In this document: positions 53,398 to 55,072 of the stretch, piece by piece
Layout: the number at the start of each line of letters is the position of its first letter
Position numbering within the stretch: position 1 is the first letter of the stretch
Origin: Candidatus Undinarchaeota archaeon
GTDB lineage: Archaea; SpSt-1190; JASMDC01
Assembly (NCBI GenBank): GCA_964519305.1
Contig: CAZFHY010000001.1
Coordinates: 550,318-605,389 of the forward strand
DNA: 55,072 nucleotides
Reading direction: 5' to 3'
Notes under the pieces: generated by a model
Database searches by the model: none
Seen by the model: the letters and a program-made list of their open reading frames with translations, nothing else
What the model was told of the DNA's origin: nothing
Made by a program: the position numbers and the translations under genes

Positions 53398-55072
53398 TGC
53401 CTGACCACTCACTATAGGCCATCACCAGTCCGGCCTGCTCGAGCTCCGTGTCACCTGACAGGAACAGACCCGCCAGGGTGAGCGGTTCCTTTTCTATCAT
53501 AGCCTGCTCAACTACATCCATTGTCCGTCTCTCTAGCTCCGCAAGCTCTACACGGTCCAGCGACTCGATGTCAACGGGAGTGTCCCTTACACTGATGAAG
53601 TGGGTTAGAGCCAGAGCGGCCCGACGCACGGACATTCCCGCATGTACGGCCTCACCCAGTCGCGGATCGTCTCCACGCTCGGGTTGTGCTCCGAGCACAC
53701 GCCGCAGGTCCTTCTCCACAGCGTTCCGGCGGGCCTGTGTAAGAGATGTCAACTGATCCGACATATCCTCGCTGACAAGGGCCATCAGATGGTCGATGGC
53801 GGCCTTTGCCTCCAGAAGCCCACATCCTGCGGCCAAGGCCACACGACCGACAGCTACATGTCCTGCCGCGATATCCGAGGGTGCTGCTTTTGCGAGGATC
53901 GTGTCATAACGCTTCTCCTCCCGTCCCTCTGCCGATATCAACGTGGCAGGATCCTGAGGTGTGGCGGCCCAGATCACCAGTGCACGTGCTCGGGATAGCA
54001 TCCTGATGCCTATGCCGAGGTTCGCGGCCACATGGAGAAGATCCGCGTCCGTAACCTCTCCGCCGGTGGCCTCCAGTAGGCGGGCCACGTTCCGCTCAAG
54101 TGAGGTACGCTGACGCGTCGGGAGGTCGGTCGGGTCCAGTGGTTCTGTGTCCTCTAAGGCAGCTTGGATGAAAGGCCCGAGAATACGGGCTGTAGGGAGG
54201 TCCAGCTCCAGGTCGAACACTGAATTATCGACCTCGGGGAGGGATCCTGTCGACCGGGCGAACCTAGCGGCCTTTACAGAGGCACGGTCAAGGCGTTGGG
54301 CGTCGTCGCTGGACAGTGTATCAAGATCCATTGAGTCAGGTGGCGTGACGAGATCGAGGAACCGGTCCCTGATCCTGTCAACCGCGTCAAGGCGGACCTT
54401 TGCGAAAGCGAAGCACTCTAGACGTGACGGGGCACGACCCTGTTCGTGGACGAACCAGAGCATGCGTAGATGGTTGAGACCTGCGGGCGTGGCAATCCCA
54501 CCCAAGAACAGGTTCCGGAGGGCATGGGGAGTGAGCGCCTCGGGGAGCGGGTGGCCCTTTATTGCATCGAGTATGCCCGACAGGTCGATATGCGGATAGG
54601 CGCCCTCGATCCATGTGATGAAGGTCTTCTTGCGTACGAGCTTTTCCGCCTTATCCAGGTCCTTGCTCACCACAGGCGCTAGCTTGGCAAGAGACGCATA
54701 GCGCTCCTTGCCGATTGAAAATGGTCTGGGGGCGGGCTTGTGTGCCAAATCGAACGTGCATAGAACGAGCATATCGATGTCCACGTCCGCCGCGAAAGCA
54801 GGTTCACGACCTGCCATAGCGATCGCTTTGACATTGCCCTCACGCACCCATCGCTTGATGGCCTCAGGCCATTTACCAGCTGACTCCCAGGCAGCCGCTG
54901 CATCATCGTACCGTTCAAGGGCCTCAAGACACCGGGCCTGTCCCGCAGGATCATCATGTTTGTTATAGCAGGCAAGGGCCTTCTCGAACGAACCCTCGCG
55001 TTCGAACCGGCGAGCCCGGTCCGCGTCCCCTTCGAGGGAGCCCTCATCTTCAGGGGCTTCTTCCTCTTCGGG
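53387..55072 (-). CDS. Large hypothetical protein, 5'-truncated by the window edge; TPR/alpha-solenoid-like segment plus C-terminal repeats
   Basis: The frame of 53387..54847 stays open to 55072: PEEEEAPEDE...ARRFEREGSFEKALACY...ARCLEALERYDDAAAAWESAGKWPEAIKRW. Confidence 0.75.
   Translation of the reverse strand, partial: PEEEEAPEDEGSLEGDADRARRFEREGSFEKALACYNKHDDPAGQARCLEALERYDDAAAAWESAGKWPEAIKRWVREGNVKAIAMAGREPAFAADVDIDMLVLCTFDLAHKPAPRPFSIGKERYASLAKLAPVVSKDLDKAEKLVRKKTFITWIEGAYPHIDLSGILDAIKGHPLPEALTPHALRNLFLGGIATPAGLNHLRMLWFVHEQGRAPSRLECFAFAKVRLDAVDRIRDRFLDLVTPPDSMDLDTLSSDDAQRLDRASVKAARFARSTGSLPEVDNSVFDLELDLPTARILGPFIQAALEDTEPLDPTDLPTRQRTSLERNVARLLEATGGEVTDADLLHVAANLGIGIRMLSRARALVIWAATPQDPATLISAEGREEKRYDTILAKAAPSDIAAGHVAVGRVALAAGCGLLEAKAAIDHLMALVSEDMSDQLTSLTQARRNAVEKDLRRVLGAQPERGDDPRLGEAVHAGMSVRRAALALTHFISVRDTPVDIESLDRVELAELERRTMDVVEQAMIEKEPLTLAGLFLSGDTELEQAGLVMAYSEWSGIIQ

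Noticed and set aside
1-55072. CRISPR arrays, rRNA/tRNA genes, transposases, integrases
   Set aside because: No regularly spaced repeats, tRNA T-loop motifs or mobile-element proteins were recognised by eye; tRNAscan-SE and CRISPR finders were not run.

Overview
A GC-rich (roughly 60% by eye) archaeal chromosomal segment. Archaeal markers include PCNA, an RPA small subunit, Bud32, a PAC2 proteasome chaperone, SAMP/NcsA, AMP phosphorylase, MptA/FolE2, class III signal-peptide pilins and TATA boxes about 26 nt upstream of start codons. The fused nucleotidyltransferase-HEPN gene and the Cys-rich surface proteins suggest a DPANN-type lineage; this is inference only. Housekeeping genes (tRNA modification, purine/SAM salvage, NAD synthesis, replication) are mixed with envelope genes: two giant Cys-rich surface proteins, tandem GT-C-like paralogs, two membrane proteins fused to Cys-paired helical repeats, and a partial pilus locus. 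The best candidate for an undescribed system is at 8666-11296, where two tandem HTH/TrmB-like regulators precede three small proteins sharing a 35-aa glycine-zipper N-terminus with an invariant Cys35 and unrelated acidic tails. Other notable items are a Zn-ribbon microprotein with a PIP box, an orphan YcaO, an AsnB lacking its catalytic Cys, recurrent single bidirectional TATA boxes, a possible ATA start for purA and an origin-like non-coding region at the left end. I recognised no tRNA, rRNA, CRISPR array or mobile element. All family calls come from motif recognition by eye, not database searches.
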